Both the position numbers and the translations under genes were made by a program. Source: Sarea resinae (taxonomy: Eukaryota). Taken from it: DNA of 64,000 nucleotides. Position 1 is the first letter of the stretch, and each line of letters opens with the position of its first letter. The notes beneath the pieces were generated by a model. It saw only the letters and a list, made by a program, of their open reading frames with translations, was not told the origin of the DNA and did no database searches. The DNA is taken from the NCBI GenBank assembly GCA_026026165.1, contig JAPEUD010000005.1, forward strand, positions 310,001 through 374,000, given 5' to 3'. This document shows, piece after piece, positions 11,037 to 22,952 of this stretch.

Positions 11037-14000
11037 GACTGCCTTTCGCGGATTCACCCTCAGTCAGCAACAAAGCATCCTAGTCCAAAGAGCCCTCGCG
11101 TTGAAGCTCTTTCTTTGTCTCGTATTTTAGCTAATAGAAAAGGTACGGAAATGAGGTTCCAGACTCCGCTGTTTCGAGCACTGGTTTGACACCGCAGTGG
11201 ATGATGTTACTCACACTTTGCAAATCTCAGTCTCCTTGATTCCTTGCTTCGTCTCCCAGCAGGATTCATGCAAACATATTCATGATGTTAGCAGCAGCAG
11301 CTTCTTTTTTTCTTCTTGCTTATTGAGTATCAATATTGCGATTTTGCTCCTTGGATCTTATCATCTCCGATTGCAGTAAATTCTCCTTGCTTAACCCTAC
11401 GCTCTTTTCCATTTCTTATCTTTGATAACCATACAATTTCAGATGCTTTCTCTTATGCCCGTTTCCCTCCTCCATCTGCATGTATTTTGACTCCTAGGCC
11501 CAAGATTAGTGATCTATAAATCCATGCTGCACTCAGAATAACAATCGAAGAAATTCAACATACCTTGTCTTGAGCAACATGATCAAAGTTTAATCTCATC
11601 GCGACAGTTCTAGAAACCTCTGGCTAGTTTGTGATGGCTACCGCCTTCCTCGATATCTTTCTCTCAATCCCCTCCCTCTTGACTGGGCTCAAATACTCTT
11701 TCACATGATTCGAAAGAAAAAGAGAGACAGCAAGCTACTTTGTCAAAGAGATGTCGAAACACCGCGCCCTTAAAGTCCAGGACGCGGTGTTGTGTTCTCA
11801 GAACGCCGTATACGCAAATCTGGGAACCTAACGATTAGCTTTATTCCCTAGAGGAGCTGAAGTCAGGGGATCTTACCAGCTGCTTATCTGTGGATTATGG
11901 TTCGAACCAGCCATTCCATGGACTTCAAATCTCACTCGTACGCGAACGTATTGCATATAAGCAAAGGAGACACAAGGCAGACACATTCGCCCTGCCATTG
12001 GCCTTAGAGCGGCCAGCGCAATACCAAATACCATGTTAAGCAGGTCCCGAGTAAGTCTATATCGTCTTCCTTCAGTAAATGAACTGTATCATCCATGAAT
12101 TGATCGCATTCGAGGGTCTTGAGAAGAAGACAAGAATAACGACACTCCTGAACAAGACTTTATGAACATTCACACTTTCACTGCTATCGGAAAGAACGGT
12201 AAACTTACTTCACTAAGCCGAATTGGCTTGATATCATAGTCACAGAATGGTTGATAGCTCTCAAACGCTGCAGCTGTAGAAGTAAAGTGCACAATCATAC
12301 CGAAATACCAGAGCCTGGCAAAAGAATAAAGATTTAGTGACCTTGGATGAGGCCTCCACGCGCTGAAGCAGTAAAACTGGCCCGAGCTTGCTTCTCTTCC
12401 TTGGAGTAAAGGCAAGGAAGCAAGCTCCTGGCAACGGGATATCGCAGAGTTGATTCGTGAAGAATCTTGAGATTGTTCAACGCTCGTGACTGCTATAATG
12501 ACAAGAGAGCGACCCGTGATTGTTAGGTCAAGGGCTAAAATTGACGCTCTCGTCCACGACACGCATCCACTTACTTGCCATATTATCATGAGATCGCTGA
12601 TCCGCACCGGGCAAGATCTCTTGCAAGGCCTTAGTTGTGTCGCCTATCTCAATGTAGTTCTCCCATAGATCTGAACGGTAAGAGTGTCAGTGGGTGAGTG
12701 TCCAGTACCACAGTGCCGCGTCGGAATATCAGGAGGCCGATGTCTCTACCGTTTATATCATATTCCTTTGTTTTCAGTACTTATCTATTTGAGCCACGAG
12801 CTCATCGTCCCCCGTGCAGGCCCGCTGGCAACACGATAATTCCTCCTCCTCATCTTGTTACGTTCTTCCCCTATCATATGTCCTAATCTTTTATAAGCAC
12901 CTATGGTAGTCCATATGGCCTTGCGTGCACGTTTGAGAATATACCAACATTAGTCCGCCTCATTCCTTCTGCGAGAACGGCCTATGCTTAGAAGCCAAAG
13001 TTTGGAGTGTGACGGGGATCTGATTGTTATGTGATGTTAACATGCGAGTCTCAGATCTCCGCAATATCACAGGCCCACTTGATCCCGTTGGCTGTGGCGT
13101 GTGGTCGTGGCTGCCATGCCGTTGTGGACATAATGCGCACCAGGTTGGGAAATAATAGTCAGGGACTACTGATCAGTGCAGATCCCTGATTGGCCATCAA
13201 GGCTCTTTCTTTAGCTCTTTAAAGGATGACATATAGATAGAGATATCACGAAAACAGAGTGACATCAAAACGAAACACATGCTGCTTACACATTCATCTG
13301 AGCTGTGCCAGTGTATGTGAGAAAACAAAGAAACGGACGCTGTTCACATATCCATGTGAGTCCTGCCAGTATATGTGAAGAATACCTATGATTCTTTCCA
13401 CATTCTTTCCAATAATGAAGATTATAGAATGCAGAACGAACAATTCTTCCTCTTGTGAGGAGTTCTCGAGCTAGAAGGCCATTTCTAGTGGTAGGATGAG
13501 CCTCTCTCTATACATCGTTATGACTCTCAGCTGTTGCAGGCAGCAATTAGAAGCGGTCCTCGCTAGCATGCCACCGGGCAAGCCATCATACTCTCGTTGA
13601 AAGTCATATCCTCCGTGGGGCCCAGGCCCGTTCTTGTTCGATCTCAATGGGATCACTTTGCGTCTTCTTTCTTCAATCACATCTTCGGAAAGAATGATTC
13701 TCGAGGTCCGGGCCACCACGGAATAGGACAATAAAGTAATAAACGTAATCGTAAATTCTTTCTCCTACCACGTCATATGAATGAACGATAATGTAAAGCT
13801 TGATGATAAAAGAAAAAGAGGAGGAATGTAGGTCGGGGGTGTCCTCCTTGAGCTCCACGAGCCGTCATACAGTAGTAGAGCATTATGATAATATTGATAA
13901 TAATGTTGAAAGGTACACGCTGTGTTCGAATGCCTTGTAATATATGTTCTTTGAATGAAGAAGACGATGAGTCTTGAGTTATCTGAATAATTAAATGAAG

Positions 14001-15072
14001 TAGATGTGCTTTGTTGTATAAGTTCTTTGAAGGGCCGGCTTGAGCTGAAGGTTTATAGTAAAGAAACAGAAAAAAGAAGGAAGTGAGAACGGCGGGCGAG
14101 GGCGTTCTTATAGACACTGGAGCAGGGTAAATTCACGGCCAGCTGGCCAGAGCAATATGGGAGGGGATAGGTATTCACGGTGAGCCTAAAAGGGAAGAAC
14201 CAGAGCTCTTCCCTTTCTACGAGGCAAACACTAGCCACGTGATTCTCTGAACGGCAGGCAATTGGACAGATGCTGAAGATAGAGATTGAGAAAGCGACAT
14301 TCACGGTCGACAGTGACGGCTGACGGGGGAAAGAGCAGAGAAAGTGCGTCACACTGCACGTAGGTAAGTGTCAGAAAGAGCGGCAGCCGTCCTTTCATAT
14401 GTGAATTTCGGCTAATTCCGCGACACTCTGAGCTTTCTGTGTAGGTGTTGTAAGAGTATCAGCGTGTATAGACCATCTCTAATAAAATGTAGCAACTCAT
14501 GCCAACAATATTGAAGTTGCTAAGCAAAGAAAAGAGGCGTGATTAGTCGTGCCAAAGGGATGAAGAGAGTTCAGAATTGAAGGGAAGCCATGGTATATGT
14601 TCCTCCAAATTCCTGCCTGTTTATGTCGATAGCATCTGTGTGCAATAACGCGATAGAGAAAAAAGCAGAGCCATACGATACTAGGTATAACAGAAAGCAG
14701 ATAGAGAATCGTGAACAGCTTCACCAAAAGTCCAGCATTGACTCCTGAAGAAGCCTTGAGATCCACCGTCGGAGTTGCCCGTATGAGAGCTGATACCCCA
14801 CTGCGTGAATAACAGAAGAACATATCTGTAGCGTATGGAACCGTATTTCAGAGCCTCGATATACTTAGAGCTTAGGATCTGCGAAAGAGACCCTGAAAGG
14901 TTGTCGACTCAACGTGGAGGCAAGTAGAAGTGGTCGTGGCTTAACACTATACTCCAGGCTGACCGAAACAGTGGCAGTCTCGTCGAGTCTACTCTCCACG
15001 AGTCAAATGCGTTGTAGGTTCTGGTGCTGATCCCGAGGTAGCAGCTAATCCGACCAACTCCGAGACCATTTT

Positions 15073-16380
15073 TCAATGGTCTGTGGTCGAAGTTCGCCGG
15101 AAAAATCGACGACGGGAGCCTCTATGATTCTTTGTGGGTGCCACTGGCGGCACGGTAATATCCCAAGGATTTACCGTCGCACCTTCCTCTTTTTTGAATT
15201 CTCCCTTTTTGAAGAAGGGATCTGGGACATCCCAAGAAATGGCGCTCGGATCAGCTTTCCTCTTGGCAGCGGGTGTTCCTCGCTCTGGTTTTTTCGTGTG
15301 AGGGAACTCTTCATCCTTCGGTGTCTTAATAGGGACAGCTTCCGCGGCAGGAAAACCAACGAAATAGCCCGCACCCCAAGATCTCGCCCGAGATGAAAGA
15401 GTTGGCATAGCAGATCTAGGCGCTACGGGTTCGAGTACAGGGCTGGGAGGCATCGTTTTGGCTGGAAGCTGGGAAGAAAAGTCAGTCAGTCCAGGGATAC
15501 GTGTTCTTTCGAAAGTCGCCATGTTGGCTCCGTTGGTGTTTCCAGTCTCTCCGCATTCATCATTGGATGGAACGCCAGGTTTCTCGTAATTTCCCGAATC
15601 AATAGCCCCAGGGTACTCAAAATCATTAAATTGCTTGCTAGTTGGGTCGGAGGAATATACACCCTCGGTCTGCGGAGACAGGTCCTGGAGAGATGTAAGC
15701 CCTACGTTCAGTGTGCCATTTGGCGAGTCTTGGTGAAGCTGGACCGCAGATTCTGATCTTGTAGAGGTCGAAGACTCTTTCCGGAGTAGAACGTTTGTTC
15801 CTTCCGCAAAATCTCTCTCGTTGATGCTTGACAGGCTAGTGACCGCTGAATGCTCTTTGCTGCCAGTACAGACTGAGGAAGTCTTGTCACTTTTTCCGCC
15901 AATTAGTGATGATGTGTTACTGCTGTGGCGATTGGATGATCTCTTGAAGTCTGACGAATCAAGCAAGGACAGCCGTCCTAATGAGGGATAAACACTTGGC
16001 TGGCGTTGCGACATCTCTTGCGGGTTTGATCCTTTAGGCAGCCCATTCCACTTCGAATTGACTTTGGGCACGCTCGCTGGTAACCGGGACAAGGAGACCC
16101 CTGGCATGCCTACAGCCGCTGGCCGCCCCTTTGCGGTAGCCACCTGTTTGCGAACATCGTCTTGGAAATTCGAGAAGGCTTCCGCAGAAGGTTCTTTGAG
16201 ACTGAAAAAGCTGAATATTTGTTGACCCTTCTTGTTTTCTGGTTTCCTCGTCGAGCTCCGGGGCAGGTGAGTCGCAGGCCTGGCTGCAAGTCCCGTGCTG
16301 TTCAACCGTCCACTGGCCTTCCATTCTTCAGGAAACAATCGATCAACTGGCTTGGCCGAGGCTTCGACTAGATCCGACAT
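15073..16380 (-). CDS. Hypothetical Ser-rich fungal protein
   Basis: Intact 435-aa ATG ORF with a conserved-looking block (FFSLKEPSAEAF...GMPGVSLSRLPASVPKVNSKWNGLP); remainder low complexity. Confidence 0.8.
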   Translation of the reverse strand: MSDLVEASAKPVDRLFPEEWKASGRLNSTGLAARPATHLPRSSTRKPENKKGQQIFSFFSLKEPSAEAFSNFQDDVRKQVATAKGRPAAVGMPGVSLSRLPASVPKVNSKWNGLPKGSNPQEMSQRQPSVYPSLGRLSLLDSSDFKRSSNRHSSNTSSLIGGKSDKTSSVCTGSKEHSAVTSLSSINERDFAEGTNVLLRKESSTSTRSESAVQLHQDSPNGTLNVGLTSLQDLSPQTEGVYSSDPTSKQFNDFEYPGAIDSGNYEKPGVPSNDECGETGNTNGANMATFERTRIPGLTDFSSQLPAKTMPPSPVLEPVAPRSAMPTLSSRARSWGAGYFVGFPAAEAVPIKTPKDEEFPHTKKPERGTPAAKRKADPSAISWDVPDPFFKKGEFKKEEGATVNPWDITVPPVAPTKNHRGSRRRFFRRTSTTDH

Positions 16381-17799
16381 GGGTATTTTGAGAGACCTAA
16401 CGGAGGTCTATGGGGCATTGGAGTCCACCCTACTACTTTCTAGTTGGCGAGGACGAACTAGGAAAATGATAGCTGAAGATGATCGAAGATGCATAGGAAT
16501 TCTCGTCTGTAGGTAAAGTAATATCTCTGAAAGGGGTCAGTATTTGTTTAGTTTCCGAAATCAATGACGTTTCTTGTTTACAAGCTCAGAAGTAGACGAA
16601 GGGCTCAGTCTTATAGGCACTAGGTTCAGAGCGGGTCCAGCCTTGCAATCGACGTTCGTGGCAGCGCCGACTCCAACATGTTCTCGTAGTAACGGAGTCT
16701 TCCGGATCCAGAAAACCAATCGAGGAAGGAGGCAAAGCTGCCACCCTAGGTGGTAAAGAGCGTTGCAGAGTGCCCCCTCTCCCGCTCCGCCAACCTCGAG
16801 GGAGGTTCCTCCATGAATCTGCTTTACCACGTTCAGGGACAGCTGAACACCACATGGCCTGGCGGTGGAGGAGCATCTCCAGGGCTCCCGGCATATGGCG
16901 ATCCATTCTTCGAGTCATGCACGCAGGTGCACGCCGTGGTGAGTCAGCACCTGTGTTGGATGCACAAGATCATGGTGCCCGCCATCAGATTGGCCACATG
17001 GCTTCGTGGCTCTCAGCCTTATAGAGAGAGAAAACAAGAGACTCTACACGAACATCGCTGCGATAGAACACGACTACGGTAGCGCTTCTCTGGGAAGATT
17101 TACTCCAGAGTACTGCGGAACAAGCTTGGAAGCACGCTTCGCTCCGCACTACCATGTTAGTGCGGTCGATCAAGAACGACCCCTAGGGCAGATCACGACC
17201 GGAGGGGAAGTCCAGCTACTCTTAATACCTAATCCTTCCTTGACCCTTTCTTTCTCCCATACGTGCTGCTATTGACATCCAGTCGCAAGGTACTACGGTT
17301 AAATCCAATCTCAAGGAGATGCTCGCCTTTCGATTGGCATCAGACGACTATAAGCAGAGGCAGAGATGCGCGAGGCGCACGGTTGAGAGGCTCGAATCTC
17401 TACGAATACTCTACCTCCTATTCCTTCTGCCGTGATACCTACGGTAGGTAGGTAAGGTACCTAGGTACTACTATGTACGGAGTACTACCTAGTAGTACCT
17501 ACCTGCCTACTCAGAGTACGGTACTAGGTAGGGTCCCTAGGTACTCCGGACACGTAGTTCGAGGTCCAGGTGGTAATGTACGAAGTTCCTTTGTGCCTTG
17601 TCTTAGCCGCTCACTCCCCGCCAGATCACAAATCACAAATCCCATCCGCGTTGGTGCTACTCGTACCTGTATCTCTGCTCAATCTCGTAGACCGTACTCA
17701 CTACTCCAGCCCATCTCAACCTTCCATATTATCCTAACACTTCACCATCGCCGAACTCCTCCTGGCTTTAGCCTCGACTCATCCGTCGGCTTTTTCGCA

Positions 17800-18594
17800 A
17801 TGCCTGCCTTGACCATCGCGAACAATGCAGACTCCCGAGTCCAGTCGTCGCCAATCAGTGGCGCCGGCCATAGCGAGAGCCGAGGTGAACGACCTGTCTC
17901 ACCCTCTGCCGGGCCACCAGTCTCACCCATCACACCCGAAATATCGCCCGCGACGCTGTTATCTGGCGCCACGGGCTCATCACATGGCGACGTGCCACCA
18001 GCACAGCAACAAGAGCCGATGTTCATTGCTCGACCGCCACCGGTGCCGATATCCGAAAGTGAAAACACGGATGCGATAGCCCTTCGATCCGCCATCTCTA
18101 TTCTGCAGATACAGCGAGAGAAGAGCAAACGAGACATCAAGAACCTGGAGAACATGAAGAAGGCGGCCGTTGCCAATTCCGAAGCCTTCACGCAAGCATT
18201 GGCGGCTGGAACGATTGAAAGTCCACAGGGTGACTCTTTCTTACCGTATCCTCGAGATTCTAATAGTGTTCCCTCCAAGAATGATAGCATCGTCGACAAT
18301 CTAGAATCGGACGAGGACGAGGAGGACTCGAGCTCAAAGTCGAAATTTGGTCCCTTTCCTGGGCCGCAGAACATTATTCGTTGTCCTCCTATCAATTGGT
18401 CTAAATATCATGTAGTGGGCGAATCATTGGACAAGCTACACGAAGAGCAGAGACTACGCCCTTCACCAGGATCTGTTCAGCGTGATCCTCCTCCGAGAGA
18501 GCCGGAGCATGTCGTTGCTGCTCCTTACAGGCCTTTCACCGATAAGGTTGTAGATCCTCCAATGCGAACGAGGAGCTTTTCGAAGAGAGGGTGA
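17800..18594 (+). CDS. Conserved hypothetical fungal protein (coiled coil plus PQNIIRCPPINWSKY motif)
   Basis: ORF 17473-18594. The likely start is ATG 17800 (MPALTI...), since the upstream part is low-complexity promoter-like DNA. Contains DAIALRSAISILQIQR and PQNIIRCPPINWSKYHVVGE blocks. Confidence 0.8.
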   Translation: MPALTIANNADSRVQSSPISGAGHSESRGERPVSPSAGPPVSPITPEISPATLLSGATGSSHGDVPPAQQQEPMFIARPPPVPISESENTDAIALRSAISILQIQREKSKRDIKNLENMKKAAVANSEAFTQALAAGTIESPQGDSFLPYPRDSNSVPSKNDSIVDNLESDEDEEDSSSKSKFGPFPGPQNIIRCPPINWSKYHVVGESLDKLHEEQRLRPSPGSVQRDPPPREPEHVVAAPYRPFTDKVVDPPMRTRSFSKRG

Positions 18595-19173
18595 CCGCGT
18601 TTGGAATACATGAGGATTGGGGCACGGAGTTGGTCATGGTACAGGATCTGACGGCACGGATGCTGTTTCTTAGGTAATTGGCATGGCGTCGAAATATGGG
18701 AAGCGTTTGCTGGGATGGGACTAGGAAAGCATCATTGCACGGCGTTTAGTCAGAGTGCAAGATCGAATTGCAGCTACAAACAAACGTGCTGTGTGTGGTA
18801 GCGATGTCCAGCTATTCAGCAATATGAGATACCCAGGTCACCACCAGAGAAGATGTGCATTTGGTATGTCTCGAATCAGAAATCGCATTTCTTTTTCTTG
18901 ATTTCCTTTGAATTGCATCCTGTAGGTCTGGTATGCATTGCGAATCTGCCATGACGGCTCTGTGAGTGCCCGTATATTTTGGTCTAGAGAGCACTACGTC
19001 ATGGATAGGTGTAGAGGGGTCTGGTGGTGAACGCATAGAAGAAGCGGCCGCGGACCAAGAATTTCAATGCTAAACGTCAACAAGTTTCGGCACAATTGCC
19101 TTCATATTCCTTCAAAGGTCTCACGCTCGATCTTGTCAAGGACTTCCCTACAAGCCTACATAATCTCGCAAAA

Positions 19174-19632
19174 ATGGATCCAAAAGGGCCCTCCCAACCA
19201 AGCCAAGCCCAAGCCTACACAACCAGCGGCAATCCCGCCGATCAGACCCCCTCGGAGTCGCGCACCGCAGACGCGACATCCGATCTCAATACCGAAAAGG
19301 TCTCTCGTCGCGGCCCCTCCAGTGGCTCTTCCGATCCTACGCCATCTGCGCTCGGATACGGCGGGTCGGGCGAAAAAGACAAGCCCGCAGGATTGCCTTC
19401 GGATGAGCAGGACGGCGAGCAGATGGCCGCGCCTGGCGAAGGCGAGATTCTAAAGGCGCAGTGGGATAAGACGGGCACCGCAGAGGAGGCGGAGATTGGT
19501 GGGGATTTGGATAGGAAGAAGGCTGAACAGGCGCCCCTGAGGGAGGAGATCCAGGGTCAGAGAGAAAAGGGAGTGGATATTGGCGGTGCATTGGGGGGCC
19601 GGACGGGGCCTGCTGCTGTGGAAGGACGGTAG
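19174..19632 (+). CDS. Small hydrophilic hypothetical protein
   Basis: ATG in AAAATG context at 19174. 152-aa Gly/Glu/Ser-rich ORF (EQMAAPGEGEI...DLDRKKAEQ...VDIGGALG). Confidence 0.75.
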   Translation: MDPKGPSQPSQAQAYTTSGNPADQTPSESRTADATSDLNTEKVSRRGPSSGSSDPTPSALGYGGSGEKDKPAGLPSDEQDGEQMAAPGEGEILKAQWDKTGTAEEAEIGGDLDRKKAEQAPLREEIQGQREKGVDIGGALGGRTGPAAVEGR

Positions 19633-20360
19633 TGGGTGGTGTTTGCGGGGTTTGTGGGTAGTCATGGTGGGCGTGTCTACTGGTTTCTTACACGGGGAGG
19701 GATGTAAAACACTTTGACGCGACGACCTTTCGTTCCTGGTTGCTTCGAGAGTGGGGATATATTAGGGAGCGAGCGAGGGAGGCGAAGGAGGGTATACGAT
19801 GTATGATTTTGTTTACCTTAGGTATTGTCGAGAATTGCATGGATACCTCGCCATTCACGAGTCGAAAGCGCATTTAATATATCACGGAGAGCTGTGGTGA
19901 TTTGTAAAGTATGGATGCCATTTCTTGGATTCGCGTTACTTGACTCCATATTGTCGGCCATCCCCTTCGCCTCTAAGCAGCATCGCGAGACTCTCTTTGC
20001 AACGTTGCTGTACTCCGGAGTATTGGCTGTGTTGGTATACTGGAGACGTCGCTACCGCCGGACCGCACCTTGGCAACGAGGCTGTGCCGCATCGCCGATG
20101 CATCAGCCTCACCGGCTTTACCGGTATAGATGACGACCTCATGGTTCTGCTTCTTTGGAGAGCTTCTCAAACAATTCTGTCATGCAGCAAGAGCATCTGA
20201 ATGCCTCTCATATGATCGAGGAAAGGTTTCCTAATTGCGTTCTCTCTATTTGCTATTGTCTATGCAATTGCTGGTTTTCCATGCGGTTAGAACGTCCATT
20301 TGTCGTTGTATTTTGTTTTGAAAACACAATAGAGCCTTCATCGTATTCGCGACGACACCA

Positions 20361-22088
20361 ATGGCCAAGAAGCCCCTCTTTCAGATCTGCGACATCTCAC
20401 CCGACACCGTCTACACCCCCGGCTCGAAGGTGGTTGGTCGTGTGACGCTCACGGCAGAAAGCGACATCGCCGTCGGCTCCGTCACCGTCACTTTCACCGG
20501 CAGGTCCAAATCGAAAATCTACGCGGCCCGCGAGCAGAGCTCCGAGTCGACGTCGCGGGGCCGCATTACGCTTTTCAGTTTTCCAAAGATCCTGTACCGG
20601 GGCCGCTATACCTTGGCCAAAGACAAGGAGTTCGAATGGCCCTTTGAGTTTATCTTTCCTGAGAAGCCCGAGTTTCAATATTCGGAATTGTACAGCGAGG
20701 CCGAGGATTTCGAATGCGATTCCGACCATGTCTTGCCGCCGAGCTTCCGGAGCCAGCCCGTTGACGCCACGTCGGAATGCTATGTGGTGTATGAGCTATC
20801 GGCGACGCTGGAAAGACCGGGCACGTTTCGCTCTCTGTTTGGAAAATTGACAGACACAGCTACCCTCGAATTTGCTCCCCCTCGATCCCCAGACGCCGTC
20901 ATGGAAGAAGAGCCTACCACGTCTGAATTAGCAGAAACATTCCATACCACCCTCAAGCCGCCGACTGTCGCCCCGCAAGGATTCAGAGAAAGGCTCCGCT
21001 CAATCTTCCGCTCGCCCCCTCCGCCCGCGGTCTCCACCTTCACGCTCACGACCAAAGTGCCGCGGACAGCTATCTCGGGCTCTTCCTTGCCCCTTTCTAT
21101 CGCACTCTCTTATGACGATGTTCCAGACCCCTCTACGCCCACCACAGTGACCAATCCATCACCACCACCCCGGCCTCAGATCCACCTCGAGCGCGTACTC
21201 ATCAGTCTGCAGACCGTCACGAAAGTCCGCAGTCCCACCCACAACGGGTCGTGGGCAGCGACGTCGCGGCTCCTAGATCTGAATCAGCACTTCCTCTTCC
21301 CGTCTTCTGAATCCGTCATGCCTAATTCCTCCACCACGAACGGCCCACCCACCCCAGGCTTCACGCACGCCATACCCCTAAAAACCGACCTCATCCCCTC
21401 CTTCAAAACATACAACATCGCACTAGCCTACACCCTCACGATCTCAATCACCATCACCTGCAACACCGAAACCATGCAAACAAAAGACGCCACATGCGCA
21501 CTCGTGCTGCTGCCCGAACACCTCGCCAGTCCAAGCTACGAACCACCCATCGAAGCCCCACCACCGGCCTTCATCTCCGAGATGGACGCCACGGCGCCCT
21601 CGTCATCCTCGGTACCACTAGCGGAGGGCTCCTCGTCCTCGCCACCTATCAGCCGCAGGCCCGTGGGCGGCTATACGCCAGACTCGAAAGCAGAAAAGTA
21701 CGCGGCTTCGAATGGCGTCGGTGCTGCTGCTGCTGCTGCTCCTCCTCTGTCCATGCACCCGGCCATGCGCCAGCAACACGAACTTCAAGCACAGATAGAT
21801 GCTCAGACGAACGCTCATACAACATGGGTGGATTTGCCGGAAGAGAACCACGGCCCGTCCGCCACGACGACGGGGTCGTGGGCGCCAGCTCACGATAACT
21901 CTCTGGTCCACGTCGTCGATGGAATGGAGCAATTGCCTGCGTACGAAGAACGGCCTTCGCGGCATCTTTCTGCCGGACCCGTAGGAGCTGTTTCTCCACC
22001 CTCTGGAGGGGCAGAAGCCGGGGCAGAAACAGCGTCTGGGACAGCCGCAGCGAGGACGGCGGTTGCGGGGCCGACGTCACCGCTATAA
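20361..22088 (+). CDS. Arrestin-domain protein (ART-like trafficking adaptor)
   Basis: 575-aa ORF with arrestin-N features (YTPGSKVVGRVTL, FTGRSKSKI, WPFEFIFP, LPPSF, CYVVYELSATL), PSFKTYNIALAY, and a C-terminal LPAY (PY-like) motif. Confidence 0.85.
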   Translation: MAKKPLFQICDISPDTVYTPGSKVVGRVTLTAESDIAVGSVTVTFTGRSKSKIYAAREQSSESTSRGRITLFSFPKILYRGRYTLAKDKEFEWPFEFIFPEKPEFQYSELYSEAEDFECDSDHVLPPSFRSQPVDATSECYVVYELSATLERPGTFRSLFGKLTDTATLEFAPPRSPDAVMEEEPTTSELAETFHTTLKPPTVAPQGFRERLRSIFRSPPPPAVSTFTLTTKVPRTAISGSSLPLSIALSYDDVPDPSTPTTVTNPSPPPRPQIHLERVLISLQTVTKVRSPTHNGSWAATSRLLDLNQHFLFPSSESVMPNSSTTNGPPTPGFTHAIPLKTDLIPSFKTYNIALAYTLTISITITCNTETMQTKDATCALVLLPEHLASPSYEPPIEAPPPAFISEMDATAPSSSSVPLAEGSSSSPPISRRPVGGYTPDSKAEKYAASNGVGAAAAAAPPLSMHPAMRQQHELQAQIDAQTNAHTTWVDLPEENHGPSATTTGSWAPAHDNSLVHVVDGMEQLPAYEERPSRHLSAGPVGAVSPPSGGAEAGAETASGTAAARTAVAGPTSPL

Positions 22089-22952
22089 ATCTACTGTGCA
22101 CCTCATCCTCTTCTGAATAATGGATTCGGAATGACTTTTGTCTGTCATTGACCTATCTCCATTTACCCATCTCTACCTGTTACCTACCTATTACGTACCT
22201 ACCTCTCTTCACCTACCACGGTCGTCTGTGTGTCACTGTCTCTGGATATCTATACGATATACAGCCCGCTAGTCATAGCTATTGCTATAACTTCTATTAT
22301 ATAATCGGTCATTCATGTCTCTTCCCTCTTACTTCTTACCTCTTACCTCTTACCTCTCTCATCCGCTTTCTACTTCTTCTCTTTCATCCTATCTTCAACT
22401 TCCCCCTCTCACCTCTCCTGTCTCTCCTCTCCTCCCTCTCTAACTTCTGATCTCCCTCCCGTCTTCTCCTTCCCATCCTTCCTCCTATTTTTCCTCCCAT
22501 CCTCCCCTCCCCTACACCCTACCTCTTCCTCTGCTCCCTCTGATCCCATACATACTTCCACCTCCACCCACTCTCCCACCTCTCCTAACTCTCTTCTCTC
22601 TTCTCTCTTAATCTTCCAAACGCCTAAATCTCCTCAGTAAGGGTAAGGCCACAGCATAAAAGCACACAAACAACACGCAAGCCACTAGTAGACGGCCGAA
22701 AGTAGGTAGAATCAGGATCATCGTTCATTATTTATTGATTGATTAGTATTCTACATGTCCAGATCAACAGAGGCAGAACGCCGATTCGTCCCTTGCTAGC
22801 ATTAGGCCGGTCATGCAAGTAAGAGGGATCGATGATAGTAGTAGTGGTGATGTTGTTATGAGGAGAACTCCAAGTACATGTGTCCGGTAACCCCCATTTT
22901 CACCCCTTCCCTTCGTTCCCAGTCTCATCCCCATCTCTCCCCACCCTCGCAC

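Noticed and set aside
14497..14823. 108-aa ORF with a hydrophobic stretch
   Set aside because: No recognisable family or splice support; lies just 3' of the 15-kb gene and may be UTR.
17473..17799. 109-aa N-terminal extension of the 17.8-kb gene
   Set aside because: It runs through GTAC-rich promoter-like DNA; ATG 17800 is the more plausible start.
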